64,000 nt of DNA, taken from NCBI GenBank assembly GCA_964248365.1, contig CAXTYC010000003.1, positions 160,001 to 224,000 of the forward strand. Direction: 5' to 3'. The notes under the pieces are model-generated. The model had not been told where the DNA came from, ran no database searches, and saw only the letters and a list, made by a program, of their open reading frames with translations. Within the stretch, counting starts at the first letter, position 1, and every line of letters begins with the position of its first letter. The position numbers and the translations under genes are program-made. This document shows, one piece after another, positions 52,627 through 63,482 of this stretch. The DNA comes from an uncultured Chroococcidiopsis sp. GTDB taxonomy: Bacteria; Cyanobacteriota; Cyanobacteriia; Cyanobacteriales; Chroococcidiopsidaceae.

Positions 52627-52655
52627 GTAGAGACGCGATACATTGCGTCTCTACG
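52627..52655. repeat. REP-like palindrome between convergent ggt and vWA genes
   Basis: CGTAGAGACGC...GCGTCTCTACG. Confidence 0.7.
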
Positions 52656-52679
52656 TTCTTGTCACGTATAACCAATGCG

Positions 52680-53354
52680 TTACACAGTTCCCCAACCAGG
52701 CGGCGGTAGTGCTACTTGATCTTCTGGCTTTGATTGCGAAACTCGCTGCATACTAGCTGACAACCAGATAAATAGCTCCTTAAAGTTCAATCCTCTTAAC
52801 TTAAGTGGGCTACGCACGACGATTTGACTTAGGCGCGTCATGTTAGCGGCTTCTACACCTACTGCAAAAAAGGCAACACGCTTAGCGGCTTCGTCATCTC
52901 TAATCCGCTGCGCTGCCTGCTCTACTATACTGTCAGGCTCTCCCTGCGGCTCTCCATCTGTAATCAAAAATACCCAAGGGCGATAGTAATTCACGCCATT
53001 ACTGCGATATTGCCCTTTACGAGCTTCAATCATGTCTAGCCCTTGGAGAATTGCCCCACCCATATGAGTCAAACCTTGAGCGGATAGAGTTGGTGGCTCG
53101 AACAAATCGGCTGTCACAAAGTCTTGAACTACCTTTACATCACTACCGAAAGTGACGATCGCTACTTCGACTCGCTTCCTAGCTAGGTTGTCTCCGTTTA
53201 ATTGCTCTTTGAAAGCCCGTAAACCTTCATTTAAGGCATCCATTGCTTCACCTTGCATGGAGCCAGAAGCGTCCAAAAGCAACACGCAAGGGCAGCGTGG
53301 CTCTGGATTTTCAGCAAATTCTACAGCATCTTCAAGTTTCAAAAGATCAGGCAT
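52680..53354 (-). CDS. TerY-like vWA domain protein
   Basis: ENPEPRCPCVLLLDASGSM, YRPWVFLITDGEP, FIWLSAS. Confidence 0.9.
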   Translation of the reverse strand: MPDLLKLEDAVEFAENPEPRCPCVLLLDASGSMQGEAMDALNEGLRAFKEQLNGDNLARKRVEVAIVTFGSDVKVVQDFVTADLFEPPTLSAQGLTHMGGAILQGLDMIEARKGQYRSNGVNYYRPWVFLITDGEPQGEPDSIVEQAAQRIRDDEAAKRVAFFAVGVEAANMTRLSQIVVRSPLKLRGLNFKELFIWLSASMQRVSQSKPEDQVALPPPGWGTV

Positions 53355-53456
53355 AACTTAGCGAAAACATAAACAACAACAGTAAACAGTAAGATTCTTA
53401 GTTTATAAAACCATGCGCTTCGCGCATTTGCCATTATGCCAACTCACAATTAGTTG

Positions 53457-54338
53457 TCAACTCATTTCTGTATTCATTGCAGCTAATACAGCTTGCTGGC
53501 TGACTTGTTGGTAGACACTATCTAAATATTTTTTCACAACCTCAGCTCTGGTTTCCGGTGAGTTTGAATTATTTCTAGCAGTTGTGTCTGTATCTAACTC
53601 AGCGATGGGTATTGCTCCCAACACATCTAAAACTGTATCACTGCTCGGAGACGGCGTAATTACAACCAGAGTCGCATCCAGTGGCTCGTTGTATTGCCAA
53701 AACGAGGAGCTAGGGGCTAGAGGCTGGGGGCTAGAGATAAGAGGTTTGCTTGTTTCCTGCTCCTCCTGCTCCCCTGCCCCTGGGCAACTCTGCCACGAGG
53801 CTCCCCTGCTCCGAAATTCTCTCAACGAAGCGATAATCTGATCTTTAGTGCGTCCGCGTAACTGAAATAGAACAAATGGGTCTTCACTAAAGCGATCGCC
53901 TAATTGGTAATATACTGCTCCTATATGCTTACAAGGATTTGCTTTGTCGGGGCAAGAGCATTTACTTCGCACTTCAGATAGCGTAAATGGAAACAACGAC
54001 AGTCCATTTGCTGTAAATACTTGTTCCATATTTTGCGGCATTTCTCCTGCCAACAGTTTCGCCGCCCAAATTGCCTGCACAGACATGGTTTCAATTACAT
54101 AACCCCATTGCTCATCGCTAAATGGTTCCAAAAATAGGGAAACTTTATATGGTTCTGGTTCTGTTCCTTGCACCTGTGCCAAAACCTTAGAGCCTTCAAA
54201 TTTGATACTGAGAATGTTTCCCTGTCGCGCATAGTTCCGCGCTCTTTCTAAACGCTTTTTGAAGCGATAAGAATCTAATAAATCAAGCCATCTTTGTGAC
54301 CACCATTCTCGACTTGCTTGAAAGTTGGAACTTGTCAT
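53457..54338 (-). CDS. SWIM zinc-finger protein (SNF2 partner)
   Basis: RLERARNYAR, CSCPDKANPCKH, DPFVLFQLRG. Confidence 0.93.
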   Translation of the reverse strand: MTSSNFQASREWWSQRWLDLLDSYRFKKRLERARNYARQGNILSIKFEGSKVLAQVQGTEPEPYKVSLFLEPFSDEQWGYVIETMSVQAIWAAKLLAGEMPQNMEQVFTANGLSLFPFTLSEVRSKCSCPDKANPCKHIGAVYYQLGDRFSEDPFVLFQLRGRTKDQIIASLREFRSRGASWQSCPGAGEQEEQETSKPLISSPQPLAPSSSFWQYNEPLDATLVVITPSPSSDTVLDVLGAIPIAELDTDTTARNNSNSPETRAEVVKKYLDSVYQQVSQQAVLAAMNTEMS

Positions 54339-54450
54339 TCTCCTTTTTCCTGACTTAGTTTATACATTCTAAAATTTAGGGAACTTGCATAGTGACAAAA
54401 TAGGAGATGTAGTTGGCAGCTAAACGAGAAGGTGGGGATAAGCAAGAGGC

Positions 54451-54981
54451 TTAAGTCATTTTCTCTAAAGCCTGCTGCCATGCTTTTGCCTGGATAAGTA
54501 GCTGATTAATCAGTGGGGCTTTACTATCAGTATAGCGATCGCGCTCATAACGAAATTCTACCGCTAAGTGACGTTTCAAAGCTTCATATTGCTGCGCCGC
54601 TTGTGGGTGTGTTCTCAAAAAGTCCCGAAATAAAATGTGTCTTTCCCAAAACTCACTATTTACCTGTACTGCATGAATTTGATGAGTACGAGGCATCCCA
54701 CGCCTAAAGTAATGCCTTCCTGAAATTCCAAATTCACCAAAGTAGAGGTATCCCAGAGCTTCAAGACTAAAAATTTGATCGGGTTTTGGTGGAATTTCTA
54801 AACCTAAGAGTATATCAATAACAGGTTTAGCAGCTAGTCCTGGTACTGAGGTACTGCCAATATGCTGGATCTCTACAATTGTATCACCTAAAGCTTTGAG
54901 AATTTGGATTTTTTCTTGCTCATAGTGAATAGACCAATTAGCATCATAATCAACTACTAGAATCGGGTCTTCTCTTGTCAT
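54451..54981 (-). CDS. GrpB family protein
   Basis: HIGSTSVPGLAAKPVIDI, LFRDFLR, YTDSK. Confidence 0.92.
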   Translation of the reverse strand: MTREDPILVVDYDANWSIHYEQEKIQILKALGDTIVEIQHIGSTSVPGLAAKPVIDILLGLEIPPKPDQIFSLEALGYLYFGEFGISGRHYFRRGMPRTHQIHAVQVNSEFWERHILFRDFLRTHPQAAQQYEALKRHLAVEFRYERDRYTDSKAPLINQLLIQAKAWQQALEKMT

Positions 54982-55042
54982 ATTTATATTTCCAAAACAA
55001 GCAAGTTTGAAACTAATTTGTTAACCATAAAACTCTTCCTAT

Positions 55043-55150
55043 TCAATAAATTAAATCATTTCCTGGTAGTACAGCTAAAACAAGAGCAGGGCGTAATTTT
55101 AATTGACTAAAATCTGAATAAGGAAAGCGAGTAATTACTACATCCCTCAC
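55043..55150 (-). pseudogene. Truncated PemK/MazF-family toxin
   Basis: VRDVVITRFPYSDFSQLKLRPALVLAVLPGNDLIY*; GTG overlaps the antitoxin stop. Confidence 0.75.
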
Positions 55151-55467
55151 AAGTCTTTCCCAGCTTCTTCATCCTCCGGCGAGCACCAATCTTCTGCAAA
55201 AGATGATTCACTCAAAAAAGCCATTGTAAACTTTTCTGGATGCTCTTTTATAAACTTACGATCAGCTTCATCTCGAATTGATCTTACGGTGTGTCTTAAT
55301 TTATCAAAATCTTGCTCTGGTAATTTTTCGATTGACTCCACAATTTCTGTTTTGTCTTTAAAATTCATTGTTTTCACAATGTCGGTATATTTTACCTGCT
55401 GCCAAATTTCATCAGGTAATTGCTCCATTTCTAGCTTGAAAAAATATCTTTTAGGTTCCATCATCAT
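55147..55467 (-). CDS. Putative antitoxin (DUF2281-like)
   Basis: IEKLPEQDF and tail SESSFAEDWCSPEDEEAGKDL; directly upstream of the toxin remnant. Confidence 0.65.
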   Translation of the reverse strand: MMMEPKRYFFKLEMEQLPDEIWQQVKYTDIVKTMNFKDKTEIVESIEKLPEQDFDKLRHTVRSIRDEADRKFIKEHPEKFTMAFLSESSFAEDWCSPEDEEAGKDL

Positions 55468-55481
55468 CTTAAATTATCAAC

Positions 55482-55610
55482 TCGTATGCCACCCATGCCC
55501 ACCGTAATTATTCCTCAAACCTATTAAATCCTAAAATTATTGAGGTGGGGATGGGCGGCATATAATTTATTGAATTCTAAAATCAGTAAGGTGGGGATGG
55601 GTGGCATACA
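55482..55610. repeat. Cluster of three REP-like units (further copy at 385-408)
   Basis: GTATGCCACCCATGCCCACC plus two inverted variants GGTGGGGATGGG(C/T)GGCATA. Confidence 0.7.
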
Positions 55611-55612
55611 AT

Positions 55613-58600
55613 CTATTCCTCATCCTCGTCAATTACAGCATTGCGCTCCAATACTAATAATTGCCGCAAAGAGTCTGTATCCATTTCAGTTAGCCAATTT
55701 TCCCCCGCACCCACGACTTGCTCAGCTAGAGCTTTTTTGCTTTCAATCATGTCGTGAATTTTCTCTTCTAAAGTTCCAGTACAAACAAATTTATGCACTT
55801 GAACATTGCGAGTTTGACCAATCCGAAATACGCGATCTGTGGCTTGATTTTCTACTGCTGGATTCCACCAACGATCAAAGTGAAAAACATGATTTGCGCG
55901 GGTTAAATTCAAGCCTGTACCACCAGCTTTGAGGGATAGAATCATAATTGGTGGACCTTGGGGATCGTGCTGAAAGCGATCTATCATTTCCTCTCTTTGT
56001 TTCTGGGAGGTACTACCATAGAGGAAAAAGATTTCTCGTCCTAATTGTTGCTCTAAATGCGGTTTGAGCAGTTTACCCCATTGGGCAAATTGGGTAAAAA
56101 TTAACGCGCGATCGCCTTCTGATAATGCTTCATCTAGCATTTCATCTAAACGAATCAGTTTAGCCGATCGCCCCGCTTCTTTGAGGCTATTTTCCTTTAA
56201 AAACTGCCCTGGATGATTACAAATTTGTTTTAGCTTAATTAAAAGAGCCAAAATCATTCCCCGACGTTGAATTCCTTCAGCAGATTCAATCTCAGCCAAC
56301 GATTCTTCCACAGTCTTTTGATACAGTTTCGCCTGTTCCGCAGAAAGTCCACAAAATTCTGTAATTTCCTGCTTTTCAGGTAAGTCTTGTATAATTGTGC
56401 GGTCAGTTTTTAGACGACGCAAAATAAACGGTTGAACGAGCGATCGCAGTGTCTTTAAAGAAGCTGCATCCCCATATTTTTCAATCGGTATAGCAAATCG
56501 TCGCTGAAAAAATTGGCGTGGTCCCAAATAACCAGGATTGAGAAAATCCATAATTGACCACAATTCTTGCAATCTATTCTCGACGGGAGTTCCCGTTAGT
56601 GCTGTGCGAAATTCTGCTTCTAACTGACGCACAGCCTGTGATTGCTTCGCTTCTGGGTTCTTAATATTTTGGGCTTCATCTAACACTATTCCTTGCCAAG
56701 AAACGCTTTGAAGGGTCTTGACATCTCTATGAATTAGTGCATAGCTGGTAATGATTAAATCCTTTCCCCCAACTGCTTGATTAAACGCCTTTCCTTTAGG
56801 TCTTTTATCACCGTGATACATCAAAACTTGTAGCGGAGAACCAAATTTTTTAACTTCCCTTTCCCAATTACCTAGTACAGAAGTTGGACAAACTAATAGA
56901 GTTGGTTTTTCTAGTGCATTTTGTTCTTTGAGGTGTAATAGAAAGGCGATGAACTGGATCGTTTTTCCCAGTCCCATATCGTCCGCTAGACACGCTCCCA
57001 AGCCCCAACGCTCTAGGAAGGTAAGCCAACCTGCGCCCCGTGCTTGATATGGGCGTAGTTCACCTCGGAAACCAGCAGGTGTAGGTAAGGGTGCGATCGC
57101 ACCATTATCACTCAGCGTTGTCATCAATTCCTGCAACGCGCCCGATGCTTCAAAACTAACTACAGGTAATTTTTCAATCGCCTGAGTATCACCAGTACTC
57201 AGCCTCAGAGCATCTTCTAAGGTAAAATTCAGCTTGTCTTTGCGAGATGCAAAAAATGCTTTTGCTGTCTTAATATCTTGAGGACGCAATTCCACCCACT
57301 CGCTATTAATTTCTACCAGGGGGCTATTTAGTGCCACCAAGCGATCAAATTCTTCTTTTGATAGAGTTTGCCCCCCGATTGCTAATTCCCACTTAAAATT
57401 CAACAAGCTTTGCAATCCCAAACGCTCGTTTTTCTTGCGTGGTGTAGTAGCGCTGACTTTTAAACCTAAACGGTTAGCCCAACCTTCGCGGTTTGCCAAA
57501 CTTGGAGGTAAAACAACCTGCAAACCACTATCTTCAAACCGCCAAGCCACTGATTTGAGAAATTCATACGCCTGTAAAGGACTCAGGCTACAAGAAGAGG
57601 GATTCGCCTGCTCTAAACTAGCTGAAATTGGGGCATAAATTCTAGAAGCTAACCCCAAACCTCGTAGTAAAGTTTCTTGTGGCTGCTCAATTGTACGATT
57701 TTGATAAACAAAGCTTTCAACAGGGTGTTGCCAAATCGTTGCTGCATCTACCAAAAACTCTGGATCGTTAGCTGCTTGTAAAAAGTAACTCAATGTCCAA
57801 TCATTATCACCAACACCTGGGGGAGAAAGTTTAAAGCAGGCGCGAAACAGACTCCTTCCTTCTAATTGATATTGCAAAGGTGCAGTCCAAGCTCTAACGA
57901 TCGCCTCTAGTCTTTCTAATTGTCCAGGTTCTGCTTTAACTATTGGAGAGCTATTAGACAAAGCTTGTAACCATTCTTGAAGGGGCGATGGTACAACTGG
58001 TAATGATTGATTCGTGGCGATCGCGCGGATTTGGGCATCTATCGTACTATTAAGAAAACTCAGCAGCAATTCCTGCGCCTGCGGTGGTAAATCCACTCTT
58101 AGAGCGGATTTGGTATTTTCTATCTCCTCGCCCCTCTGATAGAAACGACTTGCACCAGGCATTCCTTGGGCAAATTTTTCTAGCCGAGAAGAATCAGAAG
58201 CACTGTCTAGGAGCGATCGCCAAGAAGCAACAACCCAATTATCATCCTTACTCAATATAGGTAGAAATTTACACCGACTTAGCAAATCCAAACTCCAACG
58301 AGCCACCTGCGACCAAAAGCGTAAATCTCCCCCAATTGAGGAATTTTCTATATTATTACCAAGTGGTAAAGAACTAAGAAAAAGAATTGCCTCTAAGGGT
58401 TCTAAACAAAAACCTTCAACGAGCCAAGGTTGTAAAAAGTATGATGGGGTAGCGTCTCCTTCAGCAGTTTCCCAGGCTAATGTAGCAGAATGTACAGGGT
58501 ACATTGATGCCATTCCTTCTTTACCATTTTCTGCTATATGAGTTGGTAAAGCAATAATTTGGCATTCGGTAGGTCTACTTGCTTTAGCAGTATTTCCACC

Positions 58601-58837
58601 TTTACGAGTGCGCCCAGATGAGAGAGAAACCTGCTCAGATAATATTAATGATTTAGCAGTTTGTAGGTTGGAAGAGCGCAACCATTCTACTAATTCATCT
58701 GGCTTCATTGCCAAGGGGTGTTCTGATACATCTGCAAAATTAGCATCATTAATTGACAAAGAGCGCCAATTTTCTCCCCAAATAAATAGACATCCACTCT
58801 GATTTTTTCTTACCCAACTGCCATGTAAAATTGCCAT
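55613..58837 (-). CDS. SNF2-family helicase/ATPase
   Basis: LRPYQ, LADDMGLGKT, LDEAQNIKN, LTGTPVEN, SLKAGGTGLNLT, QATDRVFRIGQ. Confidence 0.96.
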   Translation of the reverse strand: MAILHGSWVRKNQSGCLFIWGENWRSLSINDANFADVSEHPLAMKPDELVEWLRSSNLQTAKSLILSEQVSLSSGRTRKGGNTAKASRPTECQIIALPTHIAENGKEGMASMYPVHSATLAWETAEGDATPSYFLQPWLVEGFCLEPLEAILFLSSLPLGNNIENSSIGGDLRFWSQVARWSLDLLSRCKFLPILSKDDNWVVASWRSLLDSASDSSRLEKFAQGMPGASRFYQRGEEIENTKSALRVDLPPQAQELLLSFLNSTIDAQIRAIATNQSLPVVPSPLQEWLQALSNSSPIVKAEPGQLERLEAIVRAWTAPLQYQLEGRSLFRACFKLSPPGVGDNDWTLSYFLQAANDPEFLVDAATIWQHPVESFVYQNRTIEQPQETLLRGLGLASRIYAPISASLEQANPSSCSLSPLQAYEFLKSVAWRFEDSGLQVVLPPSLANREGWANRLGLKVSATTPRKKNERLGLQSLLNFKWELAIGGQTLSKEEFDRLVALNSPLVEINSEWVELRPQDIKTAKAFFASRKDKLNFTLEDALRLSTGDTQAIEKLPVVSFEASGALQELMTTLSDNGAIAPLPTPAGFRGELRPYQARGAGWLTFLERWGLGACLADDMGLGKTIQFIAFLLHLKEQNALEKPTLLVCPTSVLGNWEREVKKFGSPLQVLMYHGDKRPKGKAFNQAVGGKDLIITSYALIHRDVKTLQSVSWQGIVLDEAQNIKNPEAKQSQAVRQLEAEFRTALTGTPVENRLQELWSIMDFLNPGYLGPRQFFQRRFAIPIEKYGDAASLKTLRSLVQPFILRRLKTDRTIIQDLPEKQEITEFCGLSAEQAKLYQKTVEESLAEIESAEGIQRRGMILALLIKLKQICNHPGQFLKENSLKEAGRSAKLIRLDEMLDEALSEGDRALIFTQFAQWGKLLKPHLEQQLGREIFFLYGSTSQKQREEMIDRFQHDPQGPPIMILSLKAGGTGLNLTRANHVFHFDRWWNPAVENQATDRVFRIGQTRNVQVHKFVCTGTLEEKIHDMIESKKALAEQVVGAGENWLTEMDTDSLRQLLVLERNAVIDEDEE

Positions 58838-59275
58838 TTTAACAACAAGTAGATCTGCACACTATAGATATTTTACTTATAATAATATTAATTATAATAT
58901 TTACAATTTCATATGTATACCCTAGCCCCATTGGGCAAAAAGCTAATCTTGATACATCCGGTTAAAAAACATACTTTGATGTAATTTTGCTAATAAATTT
59001 TGAATTTTCAATCAAAAATAATTGTTTGTGGAAAATAAGGGGCTGGGGGAGAGTGGGAGCTGGGAGAGGGGGAAAGGGAAAGCAGTCCCACGTCAGTAGT
59101 CAGTAGTCAGCAGTTAGCAGTCAGTAGTTCACCCACTCTCCCCCTCTCCCCTGATTCCCACTCTCCCCTGATTCCCCCAGCCCCCCATTCCTAGATCCTA
59201 GTCTCTCAGTAAAGGTATATCGATGCTAGGATTGCCACAGAAGGAAAATAGTGATAAAGAAGGACAAAAAACTGA

Positions 59276-61432
59276 ATGGTAGAGATTGATAAGTCTATAT
59301 CCTTTGACGGACGGGATATAAGACTTAAGGTAGGTCTATTGGCTCCCCAGGCTGGTGGATCTGTGCTAATGCAATCTGGGGACACAGCTGTTTTAGTTAC
59401 TGCTACTCGCTCTGCTGCTAGAGAGGGTATTGATTTTCTACCCCTAACAGTAGACTATGAAGAAAGACTTTATGCCGTAGGTAGAATTCCAGGTGGGTTT
59501 TTGCGGCGCGAGGGTCGTCCACCAGAAAAAGCAATTCTCACTAGCCGTCTGATCGATCGCCCACTGCGTCCCCTGTTTCCTGGTTGGTTACGGGATGATC
59601 TGCAAGTTGTTGCCACAACTATGGCAATGGATGAGCTTGTACCGCCGGATGTGCTAGCGGTAACTGGTGCTTCGTTAGCTGTGATGCTAGCAAAAATTCC
59701 GTTTATGGGACCGATGGCAGCGGTGCGGGTTGGTTTGGTAGGAGACGATTTCATTATTAATCCCACCTATGCAGAAATTGAAGCCGGAGAATTAGATCTG
59801 GTAGTAGCAGGCTCCCCAGAAGGCGTGATTATGGTGGAAGCTGGAGCAAACCAACTGTCAGAACAAGACATTATTGAGGCGATTGATTTCGGCTATGAAG
59901 CGGTGCGGGACTTGATCAAAGCCCAACAAGATCTGCTGGCTGAATTGGGAATTGAACAAGTGCAAGAAGCACCGCCCCCATCAGATTCTACCTTGGCTAA
60001 CTTCATCCGCGATCGCGCGATCAACTCAATTAAAAAAATCCTCTCCCAATTCGATCTAGATAAAAACGGTCGGGATGAAGCTTTAGATGAAGTAAAACAA
60101 TCAATTGTCGCCAGTGTAGCAGAACTACCAGAAGACGACCCAATTCGCGTTGCAGTCACATCAGATAGCAAGGCACTTGGGAACACCTTCAAAGATCTAA
60201 CCAAACAATTGATGCGCCGTCAAATCATTGAAGATGGCGTACGGGTGGATGGTCGTAAGCTCGATGAAGTGCGTCCCGTTTCTTGTCAGGTTGGTATTTT
60301 ACCCCGACGAGTTCACGGTTGCGGTTTGTTTAACCGAGGGCTAACTCAGGTATTATCCGCTTGTACTCTCGGTACACCAGGAGATGCCCAAAATCTCTTT
60401 GATGATCTGCAAACGGATCTGGAAAAGCGCTATATCCATCATTACAACTTCCCACCCTTCTCGGTTGGGGAAACCAAACCCTTACGCGCCCCAGGTCGCC
60501 GCGAAATCGGTCACGGCGCACTAGCAGAAAGAGCAATACTACCTGTTTTGCCACCAAAAGAAGAATTCCCCTATGTGATTCGGGTGGTGTCGGAAGTTCT
60601 TTCTTCTAATGGTTCCACCTCGATGGGTTCGGTATGCGGTTCAGTCCTAGCTTTGATGGATGCAGGAGTACCAATTACTAAACCTGTTAGCGGCGCAGCA
60701 ATGGGCTTAATCAAGGAAGGCGATGAAGTACGTGTCCTGACTGATATTCAGGGCATTGAAGACTTTTTGGGCGACATGGACTTCAAAGTAGCTGGCACAG
60801 ATAGCGGGATTACAGCCTTACAAATGGATATGAAGATCCCAGGTCTTGCTCTGACAATTATTGAACAAGCGATTAAACAGGCTCTAGGGGCGCGTTTGCA
60901 CATCTTAGAGAAGATGCTTGCCACTATCGACAAGCCACGTACTGAAACGTCACCTTTTGCCCCGCGTCTGTTGACAATCAAAATCGAGCCAGAATTCATT
61001 GGCTTGATCATTGGACCTGGAGGCAAGACAATCAAGGGTATCACCGAGGAAACTGGAGCCAAGATCGATATCGAAGATGATGGTACAGTGACAATTTCTG
61101 CCCTAGATGAGAGCAAGGCAAAAAAAGCCCGCAATATTATCCAGGGAATGACACGCAAGCTGCAAGAAGGCGATGTTTATGCTGGTCGTGTGACTCGCAT
61201 TATCCCAATTGGTGCATTTGTAGAGTTTTTGCCTGGAAAAGAAGGGATGGTTCACATTTCCCAACTAGCTGACTACCGAGTCGGTAAAGTTGAGGATGAA
61301 GTGGCAGTTGGTGATGAAGTAATTGTCAAAGTGCGGGAGATAGACAATAAAGGTCGGATTAATCTTACCCGCTTGGGTATTCATCCAGAGCAAGCCACAG
61401 CAGCACGAGAAGCCGCAGCGGTTGAGCGTTAA
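59276..61432 (+). CDS. pnp: Polyribonucleotide nucleotidyltransferase
   Basis: [37 protein letters not shown] and S1 domains. Confidence 0.99.
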   Translation: MVEIDKSISFDGRDIRLKVGLLAPQAGGSVLMQSGDTAVLVTATRSAAREGIDFLPLTVDYEERLYAVGRIPGGFLRREGRPPEKAILTSRLIDRPLRPLFPGWLRDDLQVVATTMAMDELVPPDVLAVTGASLAVMLAKIPFMGPMAAVRVGLVGDDFIINPTYAEIEAGELDLVVAGSPEGVIMVEAGANQLSEQDIIEAIDFGYEAVRDLIKAQQDLLAELGIEQVQEAPPPSDSTLANFIRDRAINSIKKILSQFDLDKNGRDEALDEVKQSIVASVAELPEDDPIRVAVTSDSKALGNTFKDLTKQLMRRQIIEDGVRVDGRKLDEVRPVSCQVGILPRRVHGCGLFNRGLTQVLSACTLGTPGDAQNLFDDLQTDLEKRYIHHYNFPPFSVGETKPLRAPGRREIGHGALAERAILPVLPPKEEFPYVIRVVSEVLSSNGSTSMGSVCGSVLALMDAGVPITKPVSGAAMGLIKEGDEVRVLTDIQGIEDFLGDMDFKVAGTDSGITALQMDMKIPGLALTIIEQAIKQALGARLHILEKMLATIDKPRTETSPFAPRLLTIKIEPEFIGLIIGPGGKTIKGITEETGAKIDIEDDGTVTISALDESKAKKARNIIQGMTRKLQEGDVYAGRVTRIIPIGAFVEFLPGKEGMVHISQLADYRVGKVEDEVAVGDEVIVKVREIDNKGRINLTRLGIHPEQATAAREAAAVER

Positions 61433-61761
61433 TTTCTAGCTGTTAGCTGTTACCAGTTACCAGAGCTAAAAGCTAATCGCTAAAAGCTAAAAGCGCGCTC
61501 GCTTTTATTTCGAGATTTTAGATGTTGAATTCATTGCAAATCTAAAATCCGTCTGGCGATCTGGCGATCGCCAGATCTGGTATCACTAGGCAGTTACCAG
61601 TTACCAGTTACCAGTTACAGCTAAAAGCTAATAGCTAATAGCTAATCGCTAAAAGCTAACAGCGCGCTCGCTGATTTAAGCCCTTTTGCCTCAAACGACC
61701 CCCTAAAGCATTAAACTATTGTTTACATTTCGTAGTGTTCTAAGAAAAGATCGAGTCACCT

Positions 61762-62487
61762 GTGCGGAAAATAGTTATTGCTGGCAATTGGAAAATGTTC
61801 AAAACCCAGGCAGAGTCCCAAGAATTTTTACAGGGATTTCTACCCAGCCTAGAGGAAACACCCGCCGAAAGGGAAATAGTCTTGTGCGCTCCATTCACTG
61901 CTTTAAGCATCCTATCCAAGAATTTGCACGGGGCGATCGTGCAGCTAGGCGCGCAAAACATCCACTGGGAAGAGTATGGAGCTTACACGGGTGAAATCTC
62001 AGGTCCCATGCTGCAAGAAATAGGAGTACGCTATGTGATTGTCGGTCACAGTGAACGACGGCAATACTTTGGGGAAACCGATGAAACTGTTAATCGGCGG
62101 CTAAAAGCAGCTCAGCGTTATGGACTAATCCCAATTCTTTGTGTGGGAGAAACCAAACAACAACGGGATGCAGGTGAAACCGAAGCACTGATCTCGATGC
62201 AATTAGAAAAAGATCTGGTAGATGTCGATCAGCAAAACCTAGTAATTGCTTACGAACCAATTTGGGCGATTGGTACTGGCGACACTTGCGAATCAATAGA
62301 AGCCAACCGCGTAATTGGTTTAATTCGTAGCCAGCTAACTAATCCTAACGTGTCAATTCAATATGGCGGTTCCGTTAAACCCAACAACATTGATGAAATC
62401 ATGGCTCAGCCAGAAATCGACGGTGCTTTAGTCGGTGGAGCAAGCCTAGAACCCGCCAGCTTCGCTCGCATTGTCAACTATAAATGA
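61762..62487 (+). CDS. tpiA: Triosephosphate isomerase
   Basis: [34 protein letters not shown]. Confidence 0.99.
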   Translation: MRKIVIAGNWKMFKTQAESQEFLQGFLPSLEETPAEREIVLCAPFTALSILSKNLHGAIVQLGAQNIHWEEYGAYTGEISGPMLQEIGVRYVIVGHSERRQYFGETDETVNRRLKAAQRYGLIPILCVGETKQQRDAGETEALISMQLEKDLVDVDQQNLVIAYEPIWAIGTGDTCESIEANRVIGLIRSQLTNPNVSIQYGGSVKPNNIDEIMAQPEIDGALVGGASLEPASFARIVNYK

Positions 62488-62505
62488 AGGCAAAAAGGAT
62501 AAAGG

Positions 62506-63471
62506 ATGAAGGATGAAGGAGGCAGGGGGGCAGAGGGGCAAGGGGCGCAAGGGGCAGAGGAATCGGACTGGGTTGAAGAAAGTTCCTCTGTTTGCGCCTT
62601 TGTGTCTTTGCGTGACCAAAATCCAAAATCTAAAATCAAAAATCCCCTAGTAATCCGAGGACATACCTTTGAGTGGGGAAAGCGCACGTATCTCATGGGA
62701 GTGCTGAACGTAACGCCTGATAGCTTTAGCGATGGTGGCGAGTTCAACACCCCAGATGCGGCTTTAGTGCAGGCGCAGCAGCTTATAGCAGCAGCAGACA
62801 TAATTGATGTGGGCGGACAGTCAACGCGACCTGACGCTGTTGAAATTTCTCTGGAAGAAGAACTAGAGCGAGTGCTGTCCGTCTTGCAGTTGCTACGACC
62901 AAATATTTCAGTACCAATTTCAGTAGATACAACTAGGGCAGCTGTCGCAAAGGCTGCTGTTGCTGCTGGGGCGGATATAATTAATGACATTTCTGGGGGG
63001 ACTTTTGACCCTGAAATGTTGCCGACTGTAGCCCTTTTGGGTGTGCCAATTGTGTTGATGCACATTCGAGGTACACCTCAAACAATGCAGCAGCTAACCC
63101 ATTATCAAGATTTAATTGGCGAAATTTATCAGTTTCTCGAAAGTAGGATTACTGATGCGATCGCAATTGGAATTCACCCAGATAAAATCATTATTGATCC
63201 TGGTATTGGGTTTGCCAAGAAATACAACCAGAGTTTAGAAATTATTCGCCGTCTATCAGAATTTCGTTCACTCAACTGCCCCATCTTAGTAGGAGCATCT
63301 CGCAAAAGTTTCATTGGTCATATCTTAAATCAACCACTTCCAAAAGCGCGAATTTGGGGAACAGCAGCGGCTTGTAGTGCAGCGATAGCTAGTGGTGCTG
63401 ATATCTTACGAGTGCATGATGTCACTCAAATGCGGGATGTTAGCCGAGTTGCTGATGCTATATATAGGTGA
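62506..63471 (+). CDS. folP: Dihydropteroate synthase (N-terminus repeat-derived, start uncertain)
   Basis: MGVLNVTPDSFSDGG, QSTRP, DPGIGFAK, GASRKSF, RVHDV. Confidence 0.96.
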   Translation: MKDEGGRGAEGQGAQGAEESDWVEESSSVCAFVSLRDQNPKSKIKNPLVIRGHTFEWGKRTYLMGVLNVTPDSFSDGGEFNTPDAALVQAQQLIAAADIIDVGGQSTRPDAVEISLEEELERVLSVLQLLRPNISVPISVDTTRAAVAKAAVAAGADIINDISGGTFDPEMLPTVALLGVPIVLMHIRGTPQTMQQLTHYQDLIGEIYQFLESRITDAIAIGIHPDKIIIDPGIGFAKKYNQSLEIIRRLSEFRSLNCPILVGASRKSFIGHILNQPLPKARIWGTAAACSAAIASGADILRVHDVTQMRDVSRVADAIYR

Positions 63472-63482
63472 ACTCCTCAGAT

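Larger units (their letters stand above)
650..62650. repeat. Dispersed heptameric STRR arrays and HIP1 octamers across the window
   Basis: For example GAAGTAT and GGTAACT at 652-720, AGGTTAA at 7939-7966, CATTGTT at 20672-20700, TAGCTAA at 43460-43503; dozens of GCGATCGC. Confidence 0.95.
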
